Source: Mobula hypostoma (taxonomy: Eukaryota). From it: a DNA stretch of 64,000 nucleotides. Below are positions 49,285 to 61,649 of the stretch, piece by piece. Under the pieces are notes generated by a model. It did not search any database, was not told the DNA's origin, and saw only the letters and a list, made by a program, of their open reading frames with translations. The stretch spans positions 175,586,001 through 175,650,000 of the forward strand of contig NC_086097.1 in NCBI RefSeq assembly GCF_963921235.1. The letters are read 5' to 3'. Position 1 is the first letter of the stretch. Every line of letters begins with the position of its first letter. The position numbers were made by a program, and so were the translations under genes.

Positions 49285-51310
49285 CCATGACCTCTAGTCC
49301 TAGTCTCACCCGACCTCAGTAGAAAAAGCCTGCTTGTATTTACCCTATTTATACTACATATACCTCTATCAAATCTCCCTTCATTCACCTGCACTCCATG
49401 CAATAAAGTCCTGACCTGTTCATTCTTTCCCTATAACTCATGTCCTCAAATCCCAGCAGAACCTTTTCTCTGTACTCTTTCAGTCTTGTATCTTTCCTGT
49501 ATCGGTGACCAGAACTGCATGCAATACTTCAAATTAGGCCTCACCTACATCTTATACAACTTCACATAATGTCCCAACTCTGTACTCATACTTTGATTTT
49601 TAAAGACCAATGCGCCAAAATTTCTCTTTTGACCCTATCTGCCTGTGATGCAATTTCAAAGAACTACGGACTTAAGTAACCTTACTTTCTCTGTGTAAGT
49701 CCTACTCTGGTTTGTCCCCCCAAGTGCATTACCTCACACTTCTTTGCATTTAAATTCTATTTACCGTTTCTCAGCCCATTTTTTTTGTTCAGCTGGGAGC
49801 TTTGATAGCCCCCTTTACTGTTCACAATACTCCCAATCTTGGTGTCATCTGCAAATTTACAATTCAGTTTACCATTTTATTATCCAGATTGTTGATATAA
49901 ATGACAAACACCAACGTTCCCAGCACTGATCCCTGTAGCACACCACTAGTCACAGGCCTCTAGTCAGAGTCGTAACCCTCTACTACCACTCTCTGGCTTC
50001 TCCTGCAAAGCCATGGGCCCCTCTGGTTTCTGCACTAAACTCCCACTAGGTCCGATGGAACACCTTGTCAGGCCTTGGGAATTTGTCCAGCCGCATTTGC
50101 CTCAAGACAGCAAACACCTCTGCAATCTGTATATGGTCCATGATCTCACTACTGTTTTGTCTCCTGAGTAAATACAGATGCTAAAAATCAATTTAAGATC
50201 TTCCCCCACCTCTTTCGGCTCCATGCATAGATGACCATATTTATCTTCAAGAGGAGCAATTTGACCACTAATATTCTTCTTTTCTTTTTAATATATTTGT
50301 AAAAGCCCTTAAGATTCTCCTTCACCTAGTCTGCTGGAGCAATCTCATGCCTTCTTTTAGCCCTCCTGATTTTCTCCTTTTCTGTTCTTTTTAATTTCTT
50401 ATACTTCGAGTACTTCATTTGATCTTTCTTGTCTATGTACCTCCTTTTTTTCCTTAAACAGGGCCTCTATCTCTTGATAATCAAGATTCCCTGAACCTGT
50501 TATCCTGGCCTTTTATTTTGACTGAAACATGTACCCTGTACTCTGAAAATTTCACCTTTAAAAGGCGTCTCACTTACTAAGCTTGACTTTGCTACTAATA
50601 TCCAGTCACAAAAACAGTCCTCTACTATCACCCACTGTGTCTGTCTTGGGTTTTAGATACAGTGAACCATGTGGGATTGTGTCAAGTCATTCTAAAATTA
50701 GTATAAACCATAAACCATATGTACTGTGTTGCTGCAATGCAGTTTGTTACCAGTTCAAAAATAGTCATTCAAATTGTGATTGAGTCTGCCCTTGGCAAAG
50801 ACATATTGGCCTTCCCTGGTTAAAGAAAAAGGATTGGAGGTGCTGGAAGGTTTGAGCAACACAGAAAGGAGCTGTAGGAACTCGGTGGTTAAGGCAGCAT
50901 CTATGAAAGGAAATGGATAGTAAATGTTTTGCATCAAGACCCTTGGTTGTCCAGCTGAAGCGTCTCAACCTGAAACATCTTTGATCCACTTCTTTCCATA
51001 GATGCTGCCTGACTAATTGAATTCTTCCAGCTCCTTTTGTTTGTCACCCTGCCTTTCCAATTGAACAAGCTTCTCCCTCTGGTTTTTCCAATTACATTCC
51101 CTATCACAGGTCTGTAGTTACAGGCTTTTCCCTGCTACCTTTCTTGAAAAGAGAGACCACATTTTCTATCCTCCAGTCACCTGGAACCTTGCTTGTGTTC
51201 AGCAAAGATTTAAAAATCTCTGCCCTATACTCCAGCAATCTCTTCCCTGCCTTCCACAGCAGATACCATCTGATCCTGGGAATTTATCCACCTTCAAGCC
51301 CACCTAGCCA
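49285..51310 (-). mobile_element. Older decayed CR1 (continuous with about 44830-45015 across the young CR1 insertion)
   Basis: ...CCTTTTACCCTTAAT (45015) rejoins CCATGACCTCTAGT (49285), restoring the CR1 sequence seen intact at 45281-45305. Confidence 0.75.
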
Positions 51311-51355
51311 TTGAACTAGGAGGCCCACACTAGGCTTTTCACCTGTTAACTAAGG

Positions 51356-52132
51356 CAGCAGTCCCCAACCACCGGGCCACAAAGCATATGCTACCGGGCT
51401 GCGAGGAAACAATATGAGTCAGCTGTACCGTTCCTCATTCCGTCACGAATTGTTGAACTTGAACATAGGGTTGCCAACTGTCCCGTGTTTGCCGGGACAT
51501 CCTGTATATTGGGCTAAATTGGTTTGTCCCATACGGGACCGCCCTTGTCCCGTACTTCCCCCGCTAAGGTAGAGCATTCCTATGAAACCTTTCGTGCCGA
51601 AATGGCGTAAAGTGAAGAAGCAATTACCATTAATTTATATGGGGAAAAATTTTGAGCGTTCCCAGACCCAAAAAATAACCTACCAAATGATACCAAATAA
51701 CACAAAACCTAAAATAACAGTAACATATAGTAAAAGCAGGAATGATATGATAAATACACAGCCTATATAAAGTAGAAATAATGTATGTACAGTGTAGTTG
51801 GGAAGATTAAGCCAGAACTGATTTGTGGGGGGAAATTGGCACGTACAGGCATGTGCACGTCACGTATGCGCATGTCACGCATGCGCGCACAGGTGCCCGC
51901 ACAAGGCTTCATGGTCATGGTAGTCTTTCTCGGGGTAAACACAAGTGTCCCGTATTTGACTACTACTTTTGTCCCTTATTTGGGAGTGAGAAAGTTGGCA
52001 ACCCTAACTGTAAAAGACATTTTGAGGTGAGTTTAACCCTACTTGAACACCCACTGCCCCCGGTCGACCAGTCCGCAAGAATATTGTCAATATTAAATTG
52101 GTCCACGGTGCAAAAAAGGCTGGGGACCCCGG
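51356..52132. mobile_element. hAT-type MITE (Charlie-like ends) with 8-bp TSD, containing a second nested hAT MITE
   Basis: TSD AACTAAGG at 51348-51355 and 52133-52140; ends CAGCAGTCCCCAACC / GGCTGGGGACCCCGG. Confidence 0.88.
51466..52041. mobile_element. Nested hAT-type MITE with TAGGGTTGCCAAC ends and 8-bp TSD
   Basis: TSD CTTGAACA at 51458-51465 and 52042-52049; TIR TAGGGTTGCCAAC / GTTGGCAACCCTA (ends 52006); GTCCC subterminal repeats. Confidence 0.82.
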
Positions 52133-52637
52133 AACTAAGGTCTCCAGCTACAAGCTTAGTTTCCTCTGAACAGCAGTGAAATGTATTCAACCTCACCTAT
52201 ACGTTCTGGCTCCAGGCACAGAATACCTATGTTGTCCCTAATGAGCTCCACATTTTGCCCTTAACAGACTAAAAGGTGATTTCAGATTTACCTGAACCCT
52301 GTCTGCTAGTGTGTCTTTTTTTTGTGTGATCTATCTAACCTTCCTAATTTCATTTTTATGCTCCTACTATTGATGGGTCTCTCTCATCATTAGTTCCCTA
52401 TCCATTTTCACTCCGTACTTCCCTCAATATCCATCAACATCAATGGTTTCTCTGTAATTGTTACCCCTAGCTTTTGCCCTTCCAGGAACATGTTGACCTT
52501 GAACTCTTAGAAGTTCAGGAACTCAAAATTTGTTGCTGATTTGCACAAGGTGTGGTATTTTTCAGATAATTGGGTAGTATACTATGAAGATAAATATAGC
52601 TCTTCCTAAATAAAAAAAATTTTTTCATTTCAAAGAT

Positions 52638-52907
52638 TTTTTTTGGCACGTGTACAATGTTGGCGGGATGATGTCTTTTTCATGCCTTTACAAGGCGCAG
52701 AGCGAGAGAGAGACTGTATGGTGCGCCACTCCTCACACAGGCATTTTCGCAGTATCTCTACCTTTATTTTACGAGGTCGAGTTGCGATCTTGACACTCAA
52801 CCTGGCACGGATGGAAAGCGTACTTGGGAGCAGCCCTGACTGGATTCGAACCAGGGAACTTTTGTTCCAGAGTCCGGCGCTGATGACATTGCGCCACCAG
52901 CCAGCCC
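52638..52907 (-). mobile_element. tRNA-derived SINE with A-tail and 7-bp TSD
   Basis: Minus strand: A box TGGCGCAATG, B box GGTTCGAATCC, about 200-nt body, A7 tail; CAAAGAT at 52631-52637 and 52908-52914. Confidence 0.82.
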
Positions 52908-53245
52908 CAAAGATGTATTTTCAAGTTCATTAAATTGTTAACTCTTTATCAGCTGACCTCCATGTGCATCTGTTACTATTTACCAGGGAATAAAGAGACC
53001 TTTAATTTTAATCTGGCTTCTTCAGTGATGCACACTTTTGCACATGTCCATTTTTTAAAGTTATTCCAGCGCTGTTTATATTTTCATTTATATTTAGCAA
53101 GAAATTTTACTTCATTTTGTGCCTCTCATGGGATGTTATAAACTTCTGTGTTTTTATTTTTGGGTGTTAGAATGCTTGAGAGTTTGTGATGACACTTTTT
53201 GCTTGGATTGCATCACTGAGTTATTTCCGTTTTGTGTTTTTTTAG

Positions 53246-53422
53246 ATAATCAGTTCCACCACTCCTTGTGCTGACTTCTTCTTTCAAAGTTGCAGCGCTG
53301 GACAGTCTCGAAAGACTGCATTGCAGGCAACAATGGGAGCTGGGAGACCAAAAACTGGCAACGTTACGAAATTAGTGCAGAAGTGTAATGAAGTAGATCT
53401 GAACATTATAGTATTATGGAAG
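53246..53422 (+). CDS. TRAPPC8: TRAPPC8 coding exon (window exon 12, 177 nt)
   Basis: ttttag|ATAATC...TGGAAG|gttggt; IISSTTPCADFFFQS...LVQKCNEVDLNIIVLWK; phase 0 to 0. Confidence 0.94.
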
Positions 53423-55493
53423 GTTGGTATAATTAACAATTGTGCTGAAGAGTTGTACATTTGCAAGTATTGCTGATTATAACTTGGAGGAGCTCAATAT
53501 ATTTAGTTCGCTTTCTAAATTAATGCAGTGACTTTATGATGTTTTTCTTCAATCTTCAATTATGCCACAACCATGCCACAAATGATGAAAATTGAGTGAA
53601 TGACTTCAGAGGTTTAGTAATTCATGCTGGTATGTGAACAGTTCCTTAATACAACATCATCTTCTCATTGATCTGTAGATCCATTCAATTTGGGGAACTC
53701 AATGGCTTTATTGCTGCCTTCATTAAAAGTAAACTGCTGGAAATGCTTGTTAAGTCAGGTAGTGTATGTGAACTAGAAGCATATGTTTTCCAGCTAAGAC
53801 CTTCGTTGAGAACCTGGTGATTGATATTGCAGAAGATTCTATACGGATTGTTTTGTTGCAGCTGAGGTTTTCCTTCTTGATGTCCCAATAATTTGTCATT
53901 TCTTGTGTCTCCCATTATCTCAGCTTTCCCAGTCCTAGCTCATAATCGCATTGGAATTTTCATTCTTCTGTCCCATCATCATAGTTGAATTCTCTGCAAT
54001 TATTTACCATTACAGCAGCAACTCCAGCGTAGAAAAATATTCCAAAATAATTCCAAAATCAGATAAATGGATATTGAGGCAGTTGATTAGAAACAAATTA
54101 TAGATTTGTAATTTAAGTTGTGTTTTGAAAGATAAATGATGATACAGCTAAGATGTTTGACGTCTGTTGGATGAAAGGCAAGTGTGGATACCAGGTGAGA
54201 ATATGAGAAATGCAGAATTGGAAAGACCTGGTTCGCAGTGCAGTGGGTGGAGATTGGAATAGATGGAAATATTTGAATTGGTACAATTACATGAGTCAGT
54301 TGTTTTTGATGTTTGTAGTGACAAGTAAAGAAGGACTAAGGGTTGGTATAGGAATTAAAATATCAGTGTTGGAGCTATGGTGAAACTGAAATCTTATAGG
54401 TATGTGATGTTAAGCCTGAGAGCATTGAAATGGATACAGAAGTGTGCATAATGTTTTGGCAGATGGATAGAGGTGTGGAAGCTAGCAATCTTGCCTGTCT
54501 GCTTATTAAAAACTGCTTGTATTATAGTATATCAAGTATCATGCAGAACTGGATAGAAGCTCAGGCTACTTCAGTGGTCAACCCTGATGCAGGCTAATGT
54601 AATAACTACCCATTAGGTTCATGACATTAATTTTAAAAAAACAGTAACAACGCTGTTATAAACATAAGATTCTGCAGATGCTGGAAATCTTGAGCAACAT
54701 GCAACGAATGGTGGCGGAACTCAGCAAATTCAGGCTGATATCCTTCATTGAGACTTATCAATTCCTGATGGAGTTTTGGCCCAAACACACTGTTTATTCC
54801 CCTCCATAGATACTGCCTGATTTGCACAGTTCCTCCAACAAGTTGGGTAACCTTGATCTGTTGCTCATAGTAGATGCTACTCTGGAATAAAAAGCAAGAA
54901 TCCACAGATGTTGGAAATCTGAAAGAAAAATAAAGTATAGGAATTGCACAGCCAGTTTAGAAAAATGTAGCCAACATTTCAGGTCAATGACCTTTCAGCA
55001 GAACTGATTCAAAGCTTGGGGCCCTTTTGATGTCAAATATGTTCTCGGCATCCATACTATCAAGCTCCCCGAGTCTTGTATGTTATCATAATATCACCTC
55101 TTAGGCCAATGGTACAATGGTTCCTCATGTGACCTTTATCCCACACAAGTAATTTGTCCTTCCAACAGTATACCTTGCAACCAATATGTTCTAGACTCTT
55201 GCTTGAATTGGGCAAGTCATTGGCAAGGCTTGTGTTCAGCCTTACATTAAGCAACCATGCATTTTTAAAAAGTTCTCATCCCAGTTTTTTTTTAAATCCT
55301 TCCAAGATTCAGCCTGTCCCTCTTCTCTGAAGTCTATTCTAAGCCATGCCCCTTTTCTGCCAAATCTAATTCCTTGTACCCTGATACTCTGCTTTTCTAT
55401 TCAACTTTCTCTCTTTGGAATTTCTTCCCTTAACCCCAGTTGAGCTCTATTTCACTTTCTCCTGGCAAATCAGGCGGCATCTATGATTCCTGT

Positions 55494-55767
55494 CACGAGA
55501 AAATCTGCAGATGCTGGAAATCCAAAGCAACACACACAAAGTGCTGGAGGAGCTCAGCAGGCCAGGTGGCATCTATGGAAAAGAGTAAACAGTCGACGTT
55601 TCGGGCCAAGACCTTTCATCAGGACTCTGATTTTTGTCCTGAAGAAGGATTTCAGCCGAAATGTCAGCTGTTTACTCCCCTTCATAGATGTTGCCTGACT
55701 TGCTGAGTTCCTCCAGCATTGTGTGTGTGTGTGTTGCACAAGGTTTCCAGTATTTGCAGAATTTCTT
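55494..55767. mobile_element. Third palindromic Penelope-derived hammerhead-module insertion
   Basis: Inverted arms around an approximately 10-nt spacer (55626-55636); the minus-strand arm retains AGUC-CUGAUGA-AAGGUCUUGGCCC-GAAACGUC-GACU. Confidence 0.8.
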
Positions 55768-55944
55768 AGATTCTTTTTAGAATGTAATACTTCAAACAAG
55801 CTTGAGTTCAGCTTCCTTGATATCTCCTTACATAGCTGAGTGTTATATTTTGCTTGATAATTATTTTAAACATGAAATTGCCTTCATTCTTTCAAACCCA
55901 AGGGGTGTTTGTGGTGATTGTGATTAATTGATAATTTGACAAGT

Positions 55945-56330
55945 GAGGGTTCACTCCTGAGTTGGTAAGTTGTGAGTTCAAATCCCAGAGATGGGCACAA
56001 AATTTTAGGTCAGCATTGAAGTGCAGCAGTGAGGGAAAACTCTAAGCATTCAACTGCTCTATTTTGGACTAGATGTTAAATAAAAGGCAATCTTCCTCCC
56101 GAAGTGGATATACAAGATTTTTTCATTCTTGAAGAATACCAGGGAATGTAGCATAACACTTTGTTTCATTAAAACATTAACATAAGATATCTAGTCAGTA
56201 TTGTATCTTTGTGACAGATTGTCATGTTCAGTTAGGCTTACAGAAACACTGCACTGCAACAGTGGCTAGACTTAAAAAAACTTAACTGCAAAGCAGTCAG
56301 TTGTCCTGTGGCAATGACTGAGTCTTTACT
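55945..56330 (+). mobile_element. Ancient Deu-SINE-like remnant
   Basis: Degenerate B box (GAGTTCAAATCC) and blocks resembling the Deu domain (AGATGTTAAA, GTGGATATACAAGAT, GAAGAATACCAGGG, CAACAGTGGCTAGACTT); recalled similarity only. Confidence 0.45.
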
Positions 56331-56512
56331 GTTGAACAAATGGTATATAATAGAAAGCAAAGGTTTGATTCAGGTGATGTATTCTTGTCCCATGCTCAGT
56401 TGACATTAGTGTTTAATGGTATAATTAATGTCCTCTGGCACTGTATAATTGCTGGGAGGGAGTAAGATTCTAATGCCATTGTGTAAAGTTTTTTTAAAAA
56501 TTTTCGTTACAG

Positions 56513-56614
56513 GCGTATGTTGTGGAGGATAATAAACAGCTTATTTTGGAAGGCCAGCTTCATGTTGCTCTCCAGTCAATTGGGAAAGAAGCCTGTTCTT
56601 TACCTCAAGTACAG
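56513..56614 (+). CDS. TRAPPC8: TRAPPC8 coding exon (window exon 13, 102 nt)
   Basis: ttacag|GCGTAT...GTACAG|gtagac; AYVVEDNKQLILEGQLHVALQSIGKEACSLPQVQ; phase 0 to 0. Confidence 0.94.
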
Positions 56615-57556
56615 GTAGACCCACTGCTCTTTTTTGAGAGTTTTTAAAAACTGTATCAGTTTATTACAGGCTGTATCAGTTTATTAAGTTGGATCAGTTC
56701 GTGCCAATGGTGCCAAGATAAGGTACACCTGCATGGCATCTGGGGGGGTCTAATTTAAATGTATTTCAACTTAAATGCTAGTGTCAATATTTTCTAATTT
56801 TATATTTTAAATTGTTCGAGTGTTGCTCAAACAATTTGAAATGAATGAGCTGCTTTTGCTCATCCCAAAGTGGAGCGAGGTGACTCCTTGAATTACTGCA
56901 ATTCCTGTGGTAATGATGGGGTTCACTGGCAATTAAGGGGCAATGAGGTAATTAAGAATTGGTGTACAAATAGGTTGGGATGTTCCCATTGTCTGAGTTT
57001 AACGGATGGAAGATTACCAGGTCTGGAAAGAATGAGAGTGTGTAAAGGGTGTGGGACTGTGACAAGTGTGTGAGAGACGGGAGATGATAACTAACAAACA
57101 AGACCCTTCACGTTTAACTAGTTGAGCACAGGAGACTGAGAGGTATAATGAAATCATGAGGGATGTTGATAGGATGAATGCACACAGTCTTTATCCCAGG
57201 TTTTGAGAATCAGTAACTACAGGGTATGTGTTTAAGGTTATGAGCTTAAACCTGAGCTTGTGGACTTTACCCTGAGTGCAATATTTAATAGTAACTTGAG
57301 AGGAAACTTTTAAACAAAAGATGGTGTGAACTAGGTAAGTAGGTACAATAACAACTTTTAAAAGATACTTGGACAGGTATGTGGATAACAAAGGTTTAGA
57401 AGGTTATGAACCAAAAACTGTGAGTGGAACCACCTGGAACGGGACGTCTTGGTCAGCATGCACCAGTTGGGTTGAAATGCATATTTCTGTACTGGATGAC
57501 TAAGTTATAACTGTATCATTGAAAGACTGTTATGAAGATCAGTGGTAGACCAAAAT

Positions 57557-58625
57557 CTTAGAACCATAGAACACTACAGCACAGAAAGGCTATTCGGCCC
57601 TTCTAGTCTGTGCGGAAACTTTATTCCGCTAGTCCCATTGACCTGCACCCAGTCCATAACCCTCCAGACCTCTCCCATCCATGTATCTATCCAATGTATT
57701 CTTAAAACTTAAGAGTGAGTCCGCATTTACCACGTCAGATGGCAGCTCGTTCCACACTCCTACCACTCTCTGAATGAAGAAGTTCCCCCTAAATCTTTCC
57801 CCTTTCACTCTAAAGCCATGTCCTCTCATGTTTATCTCTCCTAATTAAGTGGAAAGTACCTATTCACATTTACTCTGTCTATACCCCTCATAATTTTGTA
57901 AACCTCTATCAAATCTCCCCTCATTCTTCTACGCTCCAAGGAATAAAGTCCTAACCTGTTCAATCTTTCCCTGTAACTCAACTCCTGAAGACCTGGCAAC
58001 ATCCTAGTAAATCTCCTCTGTACACTTTCAATCTTACTGATATCCTTCCTATAGTTAGGTGACCAGAACTGCACACAATATTCCAAATTTGGCCTCACCA
58101 ATGTCTTATACAACCTCGCCATAACATCCCAACTCCTATACTCAATACTTTGATTTATGAATGCCAGGATGCCAAAAGCCATCTTTACCACCCTGTCCAC
58201 CTGTGACGCCACGTTCAGGGAATTACGTATCTGAACTCCCAGATCCCTTTGTTCCTCCGCACTCCTCAGTGCCCTACCATTTACTGTGTATGTCCTACCT
58301 TGATTTGCCCTTCCAAAATGCAATACTTCACACTTGTCTGCATTAAATTCCATCTGCCATTTTCTAGCCCATTTTTCCAGCTGGTCCAGATCCCTCTGCA
58401 AGCTTTGAAAGCCTTCCTCGCTGTCCACAACACCTCTAATCTTAGTGTCATCAGCAAACTTGCTGTTCCAATTTTCCACATTTTCAGCTAGATCATTGAT
58501 GTAGACAACAAACAACAATGGTTCCAGCACAGATCCTTGAGGCACACCACTAGTCACAGGCCTCCAGTCTGAGAAGCAATCGTCAACTACCACTCTCTGT
58601 CTTCTCCCACACAGCCAATTTTGAA
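57557..58625 (-). mobile_element. 5'-truncated CR1 (RT C-terminal half plus 3'UTR), related to subfamily B
   Basis: ORF 57841..58593 GVPQGSVLEP...FADD...LEYCVQFWSP; tail (TTCTATGG)-like at about 57557. Confidence 0.9.
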
Positions 58626-59199
58626 TATTTTGTCAGAATATTGGTAAGCATTTTTTAAAAACATACAATTACTAATGAAGTATAGAAAATAATTTTTATA
58701 TTTCTTGCTAATTTACTTAGAACCCTTCAAGGGTACAAAAAGGAAGAGAGTAGCTGTATTTGGTCCCTTGGAAGATGAAACTGAAGTATTAATATGAACA
58801 AATGAACAGGAAGAAATTTTGGAGAAGCTTCTCATCTTGATAGAAGATGATGCTTTTAATAATAACAGGTGAAAATGAAAAGATTCCAGGCAAACTGAAG
58901 GCTAACAAGTCCTCTAGACAGGATGTTGGAAGAAATCATGAAGTTGTGAAAGAAGTGGCTGCAGAGAATGAGGGTGCATTGGCTGTGATTTTTTTTTAAC
59001 CACGTCCTTGGATTCCAGAATGAGCCCAGCAGATTAGCAAATTGCATTTGTAGGAGGAGAGATTTCAAAAGAAATGAGCGGGAACAGTCTGGATATTCTG
59101 CACACCACAGTTCCCTTGGAGATGTTGGATTGTGCATAATATGGCCCTTAACAAGTGCCAATAAAAACGTTAGTTTTAAGCAGCCATTCCATGAGTGCC

Positions 59200-61215
59200 A
59201 GTGTTAGAGTGGAGAGTTGAGCCTTTGGCTTATAGAGGCTTCGTTTAATTTTTCTTTGTTATTGCACAGTAGAGCAGTGGGGATGCCAGACAGGATAGTG
59301 GAATGCTCCTTTTGTAGGATGTGGGAAATCAGGAAGACCTCCAGTATCCCAAATGACAACACCTGCAAGAAGTGCATTCATCTGCCGTTTTTTTTCAGAC
59401 TGTTAAGGAATTGAAGCTGAACCTGGATGAACTCTGAATCATTCAGGTGGCTGATGGGCTGATCAACAGGATGTACAGGGAAGTCGTTATGCCCAAGATA
59501 CATGACAAGTAACTGGGTGATTGTCAAGAGGGGGAAAGGCGATGAGTAGCCAGTGCAGTACCCCTGTGGCCATTCCCCTCAATAGTAGGTGCTATAGGGA
59601 GGTATGACCTAGTAGAAGAAAGTTACTGCAGTTAAGTCTCTGGCACTGAGTCTGTTTCTGTGGCTTATAAAAGAAGGGGGGAGAAGAGGCAAGCTGTAGT
59701 GATAAGGACTAGAAAGGAGGTTCTGTGGATGGGATCGAGATTCCCAGATAGTTTGCTTCTGGGTGCCAGAGTTTGGGATATCTCAGACTGAGTCCACAGC
59801 ATTCATGAATGGGTGGGTGAGCAACCAGATCAGTACCAATGACATGGGTGATGAGGCTCTGCAAAGTGAGTCCAGGGAGTTAGGTACTGAGTTAAAGGAC
59901 AGGACCTCCAGGGTTGTGATCTCAGGATTGAGATCCATACCATGTGCTAGTGAGGCCAAGAACAGGAAAATAATACAGTTTAACATGTGGCAAAGGAGAA
60001 GGTGGGGAGGGAGGGCTTCAGATTTTTGGATCATTGGGCTCTCTTCCAGGGAAGGTGGGACCTGTTGTACAGGCAGGGCAATTTTCACCTGAACTGGAGG
60101 GGGACTAATGTTCTTTGGGAATGTTTGCTGGTGCTGTACTGTGGGGAGAGGGGTGTTTAAAATAAGAATTGTAGGGGATGGGAACCAGAGCACCAGAGCA
60201 GGTACTGCAGTGTCTGTGGGGAAAAATGTTAAGCCTACATACAAAGTCAGGAATCAGAAGGCTCAGCATGGTGGGGCTAATATTCTGAGCTGTGTGTATT
60301 TCAATGCAAGACGTATTGTAGGAAAGGTAGAGAGCTTGGGGCGTGGATCAGCATCTGGAGTTATGACATTGAAGCCATAAGTGAGACATGGTTACAGGAG
60401 GGGCAGGACTGGCAGCTCAGTGTTCCTGGGTTCCATTGTTTTAGACTTGACAGAGCAGGAAGGATTGGCGGGGGAGGTGGAGGTTGGTGTCACTAGTAAA
60501 GGGAAATTATCGTGGCAGTGCTCAGGACAGACTGGAGAGATCATCAACTGAGGCTATATGGGTGGAACTAAGAAATAAGGAAGGGATGACCATAATAAAG
60601 GGGTTATGTTATTGACTACCCAATGCCAGTGGCATTTAGAGGAGCAAATTTGTTGAGACATCTGTTGCAAGAAACGCAAAGTTGTGATAGTAGGTGATTT
60701 TAACTTTACACGTATTGACTGGGGCTCCCTTCCTGTAAAAAGGCTGGATGGAATTGAATTTATCAAATGTGTTCAGGAACATTTCCCTAATAGGTACATA
60801 GATGTCCAAACTGCAGAGGGTGCAATACTACATCTCGTATTAGAGAATGCGACAGGGCACGTGACAGAAGTTTGTGTAGGGGAACACTTTGCATCTAGTG
60901 ATCATAATGTCATTATTTTCAAGATAATTATAGAAAAGGATAGGTCTAGTCCTCAGTTGATATTCTAAATTGGAGAAAGACCAATTTTGATGGTATTAGA
61001 AAAGGTCTGGCAGGTGTGGATTGGGAAAGGCTGTTTTCTGCTAAAAGTATACTTGGTAAGTGGGAAGCCTTCAAAGTGAAATTTTGTATGATCATATCAG
61101 AATAAAATGCAAGAATAACGGTTTAGAGAACCTTGAATTTCAAGAGATATTGAGGCCCTGGTTAAGAAAAAGGAGGAGGTACAGAGCTGTAGACAGGACG
61201 GAGCAAATCAGGAGG
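59200..61215 (+). mobile_element. Decayed 5' half of a subfamily-B-like CR1 (ORF1 and APE), sense orientation
   Basis: MPDRIVECSFCRMWEIRK...CKKCIHL; RTSRVVISGL; YFNARRIVGK; VGDFNF. Confidence 0.82.
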
Positions 61216-61372
61216 GCAAAAAAGCATATTCACTTTTTCTATGATTCTTTTAATTAAAGTGGAATAGGTGCAGACTGAAACACCTTAAAAGTGTGCATAT
61301 GAGTGAAGTATTCTTCCACTTTTGTGATGTAGAAGCTGTACGGAATGTGTATTTTCATCTTGTATGTTCCAG

Positions 61373-61518
61373 GAGGCACAGGAAATGGTTCTGTTGAAAT
61401 TCATACGGCCAGAGCAGCCGCAGCTGCCCACACGACCAAGCCTGGAACAGCTTTCACATCTCATTAAGATTAGCCTTCACTACCCTGAGTGCTATGACCA
61501 TTCATTCCATCAAAAGAG
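61373..61518 (+). CDS. TRAPPC8: TRAPPC8 coding exon (window exon 14, 146 nt)
   Basis: ttccag|GAGGCA...AAAGAG|gtttgt; EAQEMVLLKFIRPEQ...LEQLSHLIKISLHYPECYDHSFHQK; phase 0 to 2. Confidence 0.93.
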
Positions 61519-61649
61519 GTTTGTAAATCATTGAGACTTAATTCAAAGTTATGTGGGGGAAAAGCATCCAAACTTTAACCTTTATTCCAGAAACAAGTTT
61601 ATAAAGTTCCATTGTTCTGTTATTTAAGAAAGGCTCTAATGAAAAGCTG

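Larger units (their letters stand above)
1916..61518 (+). other. TRAPPC8: Internal portion of TRAPPC8 gene (trafficking protein particle complex subunit 8), 14 coding exons visible; gene continues beyond both window ends
   Basis: The spliced translation (NVSQFLPEGPLPQLPLPYI...QGPRLNNTKEEKTSVKYG...LPMWLRGPDDEGVHEINFLFYYES...AYVVEDNKQLILEGQ...LHYPECYDHSFHQK) matches recalled vertebrate TRAPPC8. All 14 exons have AG/GT borders with compatible phases and no stops. Confidence 0.96.

Noticed and set aside
52820..52907. tRNA-like sequence with A and B boxes
   Set aside because: It continues into a 200-nt body with an A-tail and TSD, and no convincing cloverleaf was found. It is a SINE head, not a tRNA gene.
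56651..56686. 16-bp direct repeat CTGTATCAGTTTATTA just downstream of an exon
   Set aside because: A simple local duplication (period 20) with no evidence of function.
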